The notes under the pieces were generated by a model. That model had not been told where the DNA came from. It made no database searches and was given only the letters and a program-made list of their open reading frames with translations. A stretch of 15,624 bases of DNA from Candidatus Fraserbacteria bacterium (lineage in GTDB: Bacteria > Bipolaricaulota > Bipolaricaulia > RBG-16-55-9), in assembly GCA_037442925.1 (NCBI GenBank), contig JBBIPG010000055.1, positions 1 to 15,624 of the forward strand, read 5' to 3'. Shown piece after piece: positions 7,494 through 14,480 of this stretch. Made by a program: the position numbers and the translations under genes. Each line of letters opens with the position of its first letter. Positions within the stretch are counted from its first letter, which is position 1.

Positions 7494-8204
7494 TTGACCA
7501 CGAAACGCAGGAGTCCCCGTCGGGTACTCCTCAAGATCTCCGGCGAAGCCTTCGGGAAGAGCGAAGGCGCAGGTCTTTCCCAATCATCTTTGGCTTATCT
7601 CGTGCAGGAGATTGCCCCTGTTCATTCACAGAGTGTGCAGTTGGGGATTGTCGTGGGGGGAGGCAATCTCGTGCGTGGTGCTCGTGTGACGTCTTTGGAT
7701 CGGGTTGTGGCCGATCGCATGGGAATGCTCAACACGATCATCAATGGGCTCGCGCTTGGTGAGATGCTTCGGCAAGCGAAGATCCCGGCCATGGTGCAGT
7801 CTGCTGTGCCCGTGGGTTTTGTGGATTCCATAGATGCCGAGCGTGCTCGTGCAGCGCTCGATGCCAGGCATGTAGTGCTCTTCGTTGGAGGAACCGGAAA
7901 CCCCTTTGTCACCACGGACACAGCGGCCGCAATCCGAGCAGCCGAGATTCATGCGGATCTCTTGCTCAAGGCTACCGATGTGTCCGGCGTATACACAGCA
8001 GATCCTAAGAAGAGCAAGAGCGCAAAGCGCCTCAAGCGTGTGAGCTACGACGAAGTGATCAGCAGGAATTTGGCCGTGATGGATCTCTCTGCCGTGGACA
8101 TCTGTCGTCAGAACGGGATTCCCATTGTTGTCTTTGATGTCTTCACGCCGGGAAATCTTGAGCGAGCGATCGCGGGGCAAGAAATCGGCACTCTGGTTGC
8201 GTGA
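7494..8204 (+). CDS. pyrH: UMP kinase
   Basis: RVLLKISGEA, VVGGGN..RG, DRMGML, GGTGNPFVTTDTAAAIRAAEI, GVYTADP; follows tsf; TTG start uncertain. Confidence 0.97.
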   Translation: MTTKRRSPRRVLLKISGEAFGKSEGAGLSQSSLAYLVQEIAPVHSQSVQLGIVVGGGNLVRGARVTSLDRVVADRMGMLNTIINGLALGEMLRQAKIPAMVQSAVPVGFVDSIDAERARAALDARHVVLFVGGTGNPFVTTDTAAAIRAAEIHADLLLKATDVSGVYTADPKKSKSAKRLKRVSYDEVISRNLAVMDLSAVDICRQNGIPIVVFDVFTPGNLERAIAGQEIGTLVA

Positions 8205-8226
8205 ATCAGTAGCAGCCTCCTCGCTT

Positions 8227-8526
8227 CTAGGAACTCTTCTCTACAACCTTCGGGACTTCGAAGAAGTCATCCCGTCGTTTCGGGGCGTTCTTGAGTGCTT
8301 CTTCCGCTGAAACGGAGGGGCGAGGTTCGTCGGCTCGAAAGACGTTGTGCACCTCGAGAACGTGCTTCATGGGCTCGACGTGGGACGTGTCTAGCTCTTG
8401 CAGTTTCTTGAAGTATTCGAGAATGCGGCCTAGTTGCTCTTGATATGTTTTGATTTCGTCTTCACTGAGGTGGAGCTTCGCGAGTTTGGCAATGTGCAAC
8501 ACTTCTTCGCGGGTGAGCATTCCCAT
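8227..8526 (-). CDS. gatC: Asp-tRNA(Asn)/Glu-tRNA(Gln) amidotransferase subunit C
   Basis: LTREEVLHIAKLAKL, LQELDTSHVEP, NVFRADEP, ALKNAP..FFEVPKV; start at 8526 or 8520. Confidence 0.95.
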   Translation of the reverse strand: MGMLTREEVLHIAKLAKLHLSEDEIKTYQEQLGRILEYFKKLQELDTSHVEPMKHVLEVHNVFRADEPRPSVSAEEALKNAPKRRDDFFEVPKVVEKSS

Positions 8527-8535
8527 GATGTCGAC

Positions 8536-8541
8536 ATTATA
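8536..8541 (-). promoter_or_regulatory. Consensus -10 box for gatC (possible internal, near-leaderless promoter)
   Basis: TATAAT in the 24-nt recG-gatC gap, 9 nt upstream of ATG 8526; no SD; -35 weak. Confidence 0.4.
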
Positions 8542-8550
8542 GCTGTACCC

Positions 8551-10881
8551 TCACACCCGCGCCAGCTCGAAGCGATCTCCAAAGCGACGCCGAAATTCTT
8601 CCAATAGTGGCGTGCTCGACTCGCGTTGAATGAGTTGAAACGCTTCATCCCGAGCTGCCTTCATCAGTGCCAGATCTCTAATCAAATCGGCCACTTTGAA
8701 CGTGGTATCTAAGCCATGCTGCGAAAGTCCCAACAGTTCGCCAGGGCCTCTAATCTTGAGGTCTTCTTCGGCAATGGCAAAGCCATCACTCAGATCCCGA
8801 AATGCTTCAAGCCGCTGACGAGCCTCTTCTGTTTTGGCCGTGGCAATGGCAAAGCAGAGCGAGCGCTGCCCCATTCTGCCAATTCGCCCCCTAAGCTGGT
8901 GAAGCTGCGAAAGCCCAAAACGCTCCGCGTGCTCGATGATCATCAGCGACGCATCCGGCACATCGATCCCCACTTCAATGATGGTGGTGCTCACCAGCAC
9001 GTTGAGTTCCTTGCGGCGGACCTGCTCCATGACTTGCTTCTTCTCTTCATCGCTCATCTGTCCATGCAGAAGCCCAACTCGAAATTCCTTGAAGAACGTC
9101 CGCTCCAGTTCTTCTTTCATCTGCGCTGCGGCACGCAGATCCAGTTCTTCAGACTCCTCAATCAACGGGTAGACAATGTAGGCTTGAACGCCCTTTGCCA
9201 GTTCATGAGCCACCAGCCGATAGACCTCCTCGCGCTTGTCCTCCGAGATCCAGTAGGTGCGTATATCTTTGGGATGAGGCATCTCATCGAGAATAGAAAT
9301 CTCGAATTGGCCGTAGAGGGTGAGCGTGATGGTACGTGGAATGGGCGTGGCGCTCATCACCAATACGTGCACGTGATCACCCTTCTCTTCGAGCTGCGCT
9401 CTTTGGATGACACCAAAGCGATGCTGCTCATCGATGATCGCCAGTCCCAGCGATGAAAACTGAACTCCCTCGCTGATCAGGGCATGGGTGCCGACGACCA
9501 GATCCACTTCGCCGGCAGCCACTTCTTGCTGGGTTCTCTCTTTCACATGCGGGGAAAGGCTGCCGATGAGTAGAGCCACGCGCACGTCCAAGGGCTCCAA
9601 AAGAGGCACGAGGCGCTCATGATGCTGCTGCGCGAGGATTTCCGTGGGAGCCATGAGAGCCGCTTGGGTCTTGGCTCGAATGGCGATATACGCGGCGGCG
9701 GCAGCCACCACCGTCTTGCCCGAGCCCACATCTCCCTGCAAGAGGCGATTCATCGGGTGGCCAGACGCGAGATCTCTACGAATCTCCGCAAGAGCTTTCG
9801 TTTGAGCGGTTGTCAACCGAAAGGGAAGAGCTGCCGAGAACTCCTCTAGCTCGTGATCGGAGATGATCAACTTTCGTGCCGGTTGATGGACCATCTTCTG
9901 GCGCTCGAGCGCCACCCCAATCTGAAAGATGAAAAGCTCTTCAAAGGCCAATGTCTTTCGCGCTTGTTCGAACTCACGAGTCGTCGCAGGGAAGTGGATC
10001 GCCTTGAGAGCCTCTGCTCGCGGCAGGAGTGCATGGCGGGCGCGGATCTCCTCGGGGAGAATCTCGAAGATCTGGGCGTGATAGAGTTGATGGTTCTCGC
10101 GGATCAGGTGGTAGAGCACAGCAGGAGTGATCCCCTGCGTCGCGGGATAGATGGGCACAAGTTTTCCGGTTAAGAACCCGGCATCGGCTGGCTCCCAGAC
10201 GGGATTGCTCATCTGAAGGTTCCCATAGAGGCGCTCGGCTTGGCCATAGAGCGAGACTCTCTCGCCTTTGGAAAATTGCGTCTTGAGCCACGGCTGGTTG
10301 AACCAGACGGCGTAGAGCACGCCCGTGTTGTCTTGGATGGCGACCTTGGTGATCTCAAGGTTGGCGCGTGGCCGGATCACATCGAGCGCGCGCACCCGCC
10401 CTTGCACAGTAGCCTTCTCACCGTGCCGAAGCTGGGCGATCTTCTTAATCACGCTGCGATCTTCGATGCGCCGTGGGAGATACATCAAGAGATCTTCGAT
10501 GGTCTCGATGCCCAACTTCTTGAGCAGCTTGGCTCGCTGCTCGCCCACTCCTTTGGCGTAGCGAATGGGCTTCTTGAGCGAATCATCTGAAGGAGCTGAC
10601 GAGGGTGAAGTCTCTTTTTCTCTGAGTGGCTCTGCAAGCTCTAAAGTCGGCAGAAGGTCTTCGAGTTCTTGTATGATCACCCGCCGCTCCGTCAAGTTTT
10701 TTGTGGCATAACGGCTCACGCGTTCGAGAAGCAGGGGCACGGAGGGAGAGGTGAGCTGATCCGCTACTCGGGCCAGAAAGCCTTCGATTCCTCCCAGGAC
10801 GGCCGTGTCCTGGTAGCCCGTCTGTTTCTCGAGCTCAAGGATCTTTCTTAGGCGTTCGCTGATCTCTTTCGGTGAGGGCAT
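8551..10881 (-). CDS. recG: ATP-dependent DNA helicase RecG
   Basis: Wedge domain (KGVG..RAKLLKKLGIETIEDLLMYLPRR, VWFNQPWL), MNRLLQGDVGSGKT, MAPTEILAQQH, IIDEQHRFGV, MSATPIPRT, AERFGLSQLHQLRGRIGR, TRG motif DGFAIAEEDLKIRGPGE. Start placed at ATG 10881 because the longer 10947 start runs through the AT-rich promoter region. Confidence 0.97.
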   Translation of the reverse strand: MPSPKEISERLRKILELEKQTGYQDTAVLGGIEGFLARVADQLTSPSVPLLLERVSRYATKNLTERRVIIQELEDLLPTLELAEPLREKETSPSSAPSDDSLKKPIRYAKGVGEQRAKLLKKLGIETIEDLLMYLPRRIEDRSVIKKIAQLRHGEKATVQGRVRALDVIRPRANLEITKVAIQDNTGVLYAVWFNQPWLKTQFSKGERVSLYGQAERLYGNLQMSNPVWEPADAGFLTGKLVPIYPATQGITPAVLYHLIRENHQLYHAQIFEILPEEIRARHALLPRAEALKAIHFPATTREFEQARKTLAFEELFIFQIGVALERQKMVHQPARKLIISDHELEEFSAALPFRLTTAQTKALAEIRRDLASGHPMNRLLQGDVGSGKTVVAAAAAYIAIRAKTQAALMAPTEILAQQHHERLVPLLEPLDVRVALLIGSLSPHVKERTQQEVAAGEVDLVVGTHALISEGVQFSSLGLAIIDEQHRFGVIQRAQLEEKGDHVHVLVMSATPIPRTITLTLYGQFEISILDEMPHPKDIRTYWISEDKREEVYRLVAHELAKGVQAYIVYPLIEESEELDLRAAAQMKEELERTFFKEFRVGLLHGQMSDEEKKQVMEQVRRKELNVLVSTTIIEVGIDVPDASLMIIEHAERFGLSQLHQLRGRIGRMGQRSLCFAIATAKTEEARQRLEAFRDLSDGFAIAEEDLKIRGPGELLGLSQHGLDTTFKVADLIRDLALMKAARDEAFQLIQRESSTPLLEEFRRRFGDRFELARV

Positions 10882-10904
10882 GTTCGTTCGCCGCTGCGCT
10901 TTCC

Positions 10905-10931
10905 CATATAATAATGTAATAATGATAGTAG
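10905..10931. promoter_or_regulatory. AT-rich divergent promoter region recG/def with tandem TAATAATG repeat
   Basis: TATAAT at 10907-10912 (+); TAATAATG twice (10909-10916, 10917-10924); -10-like hexamers also on the minus strand. Confidence 0.5.
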
Positions 10932-10973
10932 ATTCGACCTCAGGCACAAAGCGCCGATGTCTACCAGAGGACG

Positions 10974-11498
10974 ATGATGAGCTTAGAGATTCGCTTGTAC
11001 CCTGATCCCGTGCTCCGCAGTCGCTCGGAGCCGATTGAAGTGATAGACGATGAGATTCGCGCCTTGGCCGATGAGATGGTCGAGACGCTCATCAAGCGCG
11101 TGGGCTATGGACTCGCCGCACCTCAAGTGGGCGTCACCCGGCGACTGATCATCGTCGATGTGGATGAAGAGCTTTACGTAGTGGCGAACCCGGAGATCGT
11201 CACGATGAGCGAAGAGCGCGTGTTGGGAATTGAAGGATGCTTGAGCATTCCAGGGATCGAAGCCGAAGTAGAGCGAGCCAAGTGGGTGCGCGTGTCGGGG
11301 CTATCACTCGATGAGAAGAGGATCTCGATTGACGCCGAGGGTCTTTTAGCGAGGGTCTTCCAGCATGAGATCGATCACCTGAACGGCATACTCTTCATCG
11401 ATCATCTGGGGCGGGCGAAGCGCCAGCTTCTGCTCAAAGAATACGAGAAGCTCAAGGAGAAACCCAAAGCAAGGGTGCGAGAGAAAGTCGCGCTATGA
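10974..11498 (+). CDS. def: Peptide deformylase
   Basis: Three PDF motifs: GYGLAAPQVG, EGCLS, QHEIDHLNG; start 10974 or 10977. Confidence 0.98.
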   Translation: MMSLEIRLYPDPVLRSRSEPIEVIDDEIRALADEMVETLIKRVGYGLAAPQVGVTRRLIIVDVDEELYVVANPEIVTMSEERVLGIEGCLSIPGIEAEVERAKWVRVSGLSLDEKRISIDAEGLLARVFQHEIDHLNGILFIDHLGRAKRQLLLKEYEKLKEKPKARVREKVAL

Positions 11499-12427
11499 AG
11501 TTGGTCTTCTTGGGGACAGGGTCGCTGGGGCTGCCGACGCTCCGTGCATTGGCCAACTCCCCTGAACACAAAGTACTTGCTGTCTTCACTCAACCGGATC
11601 GTCCCGCCGGGCGCGGCCTGCAACTTCAGGCTTCACCCATCAAGCAGCTGGCTCAAGAGCTTAAGCTGCGCATCTTTCAACCAGAGAAGATCAACCGCGA
11701 AGTTGATGCCATCCAGCGATTACAGCTGGACGTGGCCGTCGTCGTGGCCTACGGTCAGTTCCTCTCCTCAAAGCTCTTGACAATCCCGCGGTTCGGATTC
11801 ATCAATCTACATGCCTCGCTCTTGCCACACTATCGCGGGGCAGCCCCGATTCAATGGGCCCTCATCCATGGGGAGGCCGTAACAGGCCTGACGACCTTCT
11901 TGTTAGATGAGGGCATGGATACCGGTCCCATCTTGCTTCAGCGCTCCCTTCCCATCACGGATGAAGATACCGCAGGCACATTGGAGCAGAAGTTAGCAGA
12001 GCTAGGACCGGAGTTGATGCTCGATACGCTCCGAGAGCTGAGATGTGGAACGTTGAAACCTCGTCCTCAGGATCATTCACAGGCAAGCTATGCACCCAAG
12101 ATCGATAAAGAGTTAGCGAGGATTGATTGGATGAAGAGCGCCCGCGAGCTTTTCAATCTCATCCGTGCGCTCCACCCTGCGCCGGGTGCGTATACGTTCT
12201 ATCAAGGGAAGCGCCTCAAAATCCACCGTAGTCGAGTCGTGCAGGATTCTTCTAGGGGTGGAATACCCGCTGAGGTGATCGGCTTGGGCCAGATGGGATT
12301 CATCGTACAAACAGGCCAAGGGACTTTAGAGCTCACAGAAGTTCAGCCTGAAGGCAAGCGTTCTATGAGCGGAATGGACTTCGCTCGGGGGTATCATCTG
12401 AAAGTGGGAGAATCGCTGGATCACTGA
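11495..12427 (+). CDS. fmt: Methionyl-tRNA formyltransferase
   Basis: VFTQPDRPAGRG, VVVAYGQ, INLHASLLPHYRGAAPIQWA, GMDTGPI, SYAPKI, VQPEGKRSM; ATGA overlap with def. Confidence 0.98.
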   Translation: MKLVFLGTGSLGLPTLRALANSPEHKVLAVFTQPDRPAGRGLQLQASPIKQLAQELKLRIFQPEKINREVDAIQRLQLDVAVVVAYGQFLSSKLLTIPRFGFINLHASLLPHYRGAAPIQWALIHGEAVTGLTTFLLDEGMDTGPILLQRSLPITDEDTAGTLEQKLAELGPELMLDTLRELRCGTLKPRPQDHSQASYAPKIDKELARIDWMKSARELFNLIRALHPAPGAYTFYQGKRLKIHRSRVVQDSSRGGIPAEVIGLGQMGFIVQTGQGTLELTEVQPEGKRSMSGMDFARGYHLKVGESLDH

Positions 12428-12446
12428 GTCATTTCAGCTTCTCAGT

Positions 12447-12857
12447 TCAGTGCTGGCACCCGCAGTTGCCCCCGCACCCGCAACCACCTTCACTATTATC
12501 ATTGTGGTTGTCGCTGCTGCCACAACCACAACCACACCCACCCGGCTCGTGCGCCTGTGCTTGTAGATTGGGATTCTGAATGGCAAAGCCTTGGCCATAT
12601 TGCGGGTGCTCGATGAAATCAATCGTGGCCCCCTCGAGTAGTGCCATGCTGGCCGGATCGATGAAGAGACGAATGTCACCTTGGGTGAGCACCGTGTCCT
12701 CCGGGTGGGTTTCCTTCTCCGGGAAGAGCCCGTAGGAAGGGCCACAGCAACTACAGCCGCCCGCTTGAGCGATCAACCTCAACCCATAATCCAGCTTGCC
12801 CTCTTGTGCGAGAGCTTCCTTCATCCTCTCGGCTGCCTTCGCGGTCACGTTCAGCAT
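12447..12857 (-). CDS. IscA/HesB-family (A-type) Fe-S cluster carrier with Cys-rich C-terminal extension
   Basis: MLNVTAKAAERMK, GLRL...GGCSCCGPSYGL, LFIDPASMALLEGATIDF, GFAIQNPN, then GGCGCGCG...GGCGCGGNCGCQH; SD AAAGGAG. Confidence 0.9.
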   Translation of the reverse strand: MLNVTAKAAERMKEALAQEGKLDYGLRLIAQAGGCSCCGPSYGLFPEKETHPEDTVLTQGDIRLFIDPASMALLEGATIDFIEHPQYGQGFAIQNPNLQAQAHEPGGCGCGCGSSDNHNDNSEGGCGCGGNCGCQH

Positions 12858-12909
12858 CGCACTTCTCTCCTTTCAAGGCTTCCACCATCGCGGACCTCGG
12901 TGTTAAAGC

Positions 12910-12938
12910 AGCATAGCACAGTTCATGATCTTCGTCAA
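12910..12938 (-). promoter_or_regulatory. Sigma70 promoter of the IscA/HesB gene
   Basis: TTGACG (12938-12933), 17 nt, TGn-TATGCT (12915-12910). Confidence 0.7.
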
Positions 12939-12947
12939 TTCTCTGCC

Positions 12948-12983
12948 ATCCGTTAATCCGTTTTAAATCCGCTGACAGATCCC
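12948..12983. repeat. Short degenerate ATCCG repeat cluster
   Basis: ATCCG at 12948, 12956 and 12967, plus ATCCC at 12979 (ATCCGTTAATCCGTTTTAAATCCGCTGACAGATCCC). Confidence 0.5.
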
Positions 12984-12994
12984 ATGAGCGCATT

Positions 12995-13033
12995 TTGACC
13001 TTTTGGCAAAATTCGCCCTAAAATGCCAAAAGG
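12995..13033 (+). promoter_or_regulatory. Promoter and palindromic operator of TA pair 2
   Basis: TTGACC (12995-13000), 18 nt, TAAAAT (13019-13024), overlapped by a perfect 10-bp inverted repeat CCTTTTGGCA (12999-13008)-N15-TGCCAAAAGG (13024-13033). Confidence 0.75.
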
Positions 13034-13306
13034 ATGGAAATGCAAGAGGAGTCGAAGATCGATCGCTTTGGACGAGTACTCATCCCCCGTCGGATCCGGG
13101 AAGCTCTGGAGTTGACAGCCGGCACTTCGCTCTTGATTGAGGCACGGGAAGGTGAGCTCATACTCCGACCTCAGCCTCAAGGGCCGACGCTTATGCACAA
13201 GGGAGGCGTGCTGGTTGCCCAAGTCGAAGCTCTTCAAGATCTTGACGGATGTGAGAAGAAGGCGCGCATGAGAGCGTTGCGCCATCGAGCGCGTCCGGCT
13301 GGCTAG
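13034..13306 (+). CDS. AbrB/MazE/SpoVT-family antitoxin (VapB-like)
   Basis: KIDRFGRVLIPRRIREALELTAGTSLLIEAREGELILRP; start 13034 or 13040; 3 nt before the PIN gene. Confidence 0.92.
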   Translation: MEMQEESKIDRFGRVLIPRRIREALELTAGTSLLIEAREGELILRPQPQGPTLMHKGGVLVAQVEALQDLDGCEKKARMRALRHRARPAG

Positions 13307-13309
13307 AGA

Positions 13310-13744
13310 ATGAGAGTTCTGCTGGACACTTCTGTCCTTCTGGCAGGGATGATCGAGGGACATCGTCATCATGCGCAGGCCTTGTCCTGGCTGCAGCGGG
13401 TCAAGAACCATGAGGTCGAGGGAGTCGTTGCCGCTCATAGCTTGGCAGAGTTATACGCGATATTGACAGCTCTGCCTCTGCGTGTGCGTATACCCGCGGC
13501 CACAGCCTGGCAGCTGATTCAAGAGAACATCCTCGAGGATTTCGAGGCGGTGGTGCTCTCCGAGACAGAATACTACACCGCCTTGCGCGCGCTTTCTCTG
13601 GGCGATGGCGTCGGCGAGGTAGTGTCAGAGGCCCTTGTTGCCCGAGCGGCCGCCAAAGCAGAGGTGGATTACTTGGTGACGCTTTACCCGGAGGATTTTC
13701 AGAGGGTCTGGCCGCAAGGGAGAGCGAAGATCCGGCCGCCTTAA
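13310..13744 (+). CDS. vapC: PIN-domain toxin (VapC family)
   Basis: MRVLLDTSVL, HSLAELYAILT, VSEALVARAA, YLVTLYPEDF. Confidence 0.9.
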   Translation: MRVLLDTSVLLAGMIEGHRHHAQALSWLQRVKNHEVEGVVAAHSLAELYAILTALPLRVRIPAATAWQLIQENILEDFEAVVLSETEYYTALRALSLGDGVGEVVSEALVARAAAKAEVDYLVTLYPEDFQRVWPQGRAKIRPP

Positions 13745-14463
13745 GTGGAGATGCTCTCTTGAGAAATCCAGAGATCGATCGCTTGGAAAAACAGGGCATC
13801 GTCGAGTCGCCCCGCGATCCACGCGTCGATGATGAGAAAGAACTCTGGGTCATCTATGCGGTCGTTGTTATTGATGTCAAAGCTCTTAAGCGATGAAGGT
13901 CCTCCGTTGGGTGGTGCAGAGTCGAGCACGTCGCCGAAGTCCACCGTCCAATACCAGCGGAATGTAGTCTGTGCTCCAAAGCGGCGTGAGATACCCACTG
14001 CCCGTGCTTGGCACGCCAAGGCATTCTGTTTGTGTTCCTCGGAGTCGAGCCACCCCCCGAACGCTGTCGATGCTGTCTCATATCCCGCGGAGAGGTTCTC
14101 CCAGAGGGAGTGCCACGTGCTGGGGTAGCCAGCAGCCTCAACTCGCTGGTCGAGGCGCGGTTCTCCAGGGCAGACGTGGGCAAAGCAGTTTTGTGCAATC
14201 ATGGTGAGATTGTGGCTTACTGCGGCGCGCGCAAGGGCGGCTGAGAACTGCAACGTGCGAGCGCTTCCCCGTGGCCAAGCGACCCATTGCACGTCATTCC
14301 AGCACAGGGTGCTTTGGTTGCGATAGGCGTTGATGAGAGAGAACAGTGCCGCTTCCTCGCGGTCTTGGGCGTTGGCTATAAGGCCATGACCACTACTGAT
14401 AATGAACATCAACGGCAATAATAATAGAAAGACGAGACAGCCGACCGTGCGTCTTGCGAGCAT
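13741..14463 (-). CDS. Secreted CAP/SCP-domain protein with C-terminal EF-hand/dockerin-like module
   Basis: Signal peptide (ARRTVGCLVFLLLLPLMFII..ANA-Q); CAP motifs LINAYR, LARAAVSH..M...NCFAH, RVEAAGY, WENLSAG, WLDSEEHKQN, VGI..YWTVDFG; tail FDINNNDRIDDPEFF..DAW..LDDALFF..DLW. SD GAGGAGG favours ATG 14463; ATG 14484 overlapping the thyX stop is the alternative. Stop overlaps the convergent vapC stop (TTAA). Confidence 0.88.
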   Translation of the reverse strand: MLARRTVGCLVFLLLLPLMFIISSGHGLIANAQDREEAALFSLINAYRNQSTLCWNDVQWVAWPRGSARTLQFSAALARAAVSHNLTMIAQNCFAHVCPGEPRLDQRVEAAGYPSTWHSLWENLSAGYETASTAFGGWLDSEEHKQNALACQARAVGISRRFGAQTTFRWYWTVDFGDVLDSAPPNGGPSSLKSFDINNNDRIDDPEFFLIIDAWIAGRLDDALFFQAIDLWISQESIST

Positions 14464-14480
14464 AAAGACCGTTCCTCCTC

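Noticed and set aside
5882..10851. Long antisense ORFs (5882..6466, 7626..8180, 8716..9456 and others)
   Set aside because: They lie opposite well-conserved genes (rpsB, pyrH, recG); expected from codon bias in GC-rich DNA.
10882..10947. 22-codon N-terminal extension of RecG from the ORF track
   Set aside because: It translates the AT-rich divergent promoter (STIIITLLY); ATG 10881 is more plausible.
12429..12449. Selenocysteine read-through of the TGA ending the HesB-like gene
   Set aside because: The TGA is not at a conserved Cys position, another TGA follows six codons later, and no SECIS-like hairpin is evident.
12423..12452. ACTGAG/CTCAGT inverted repeat between fmt and the iscA-like gene as a bidirectional terminator
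   Set aside because: 6-bp stem with a 12-nt loop and no U-tracts; too weak to call.
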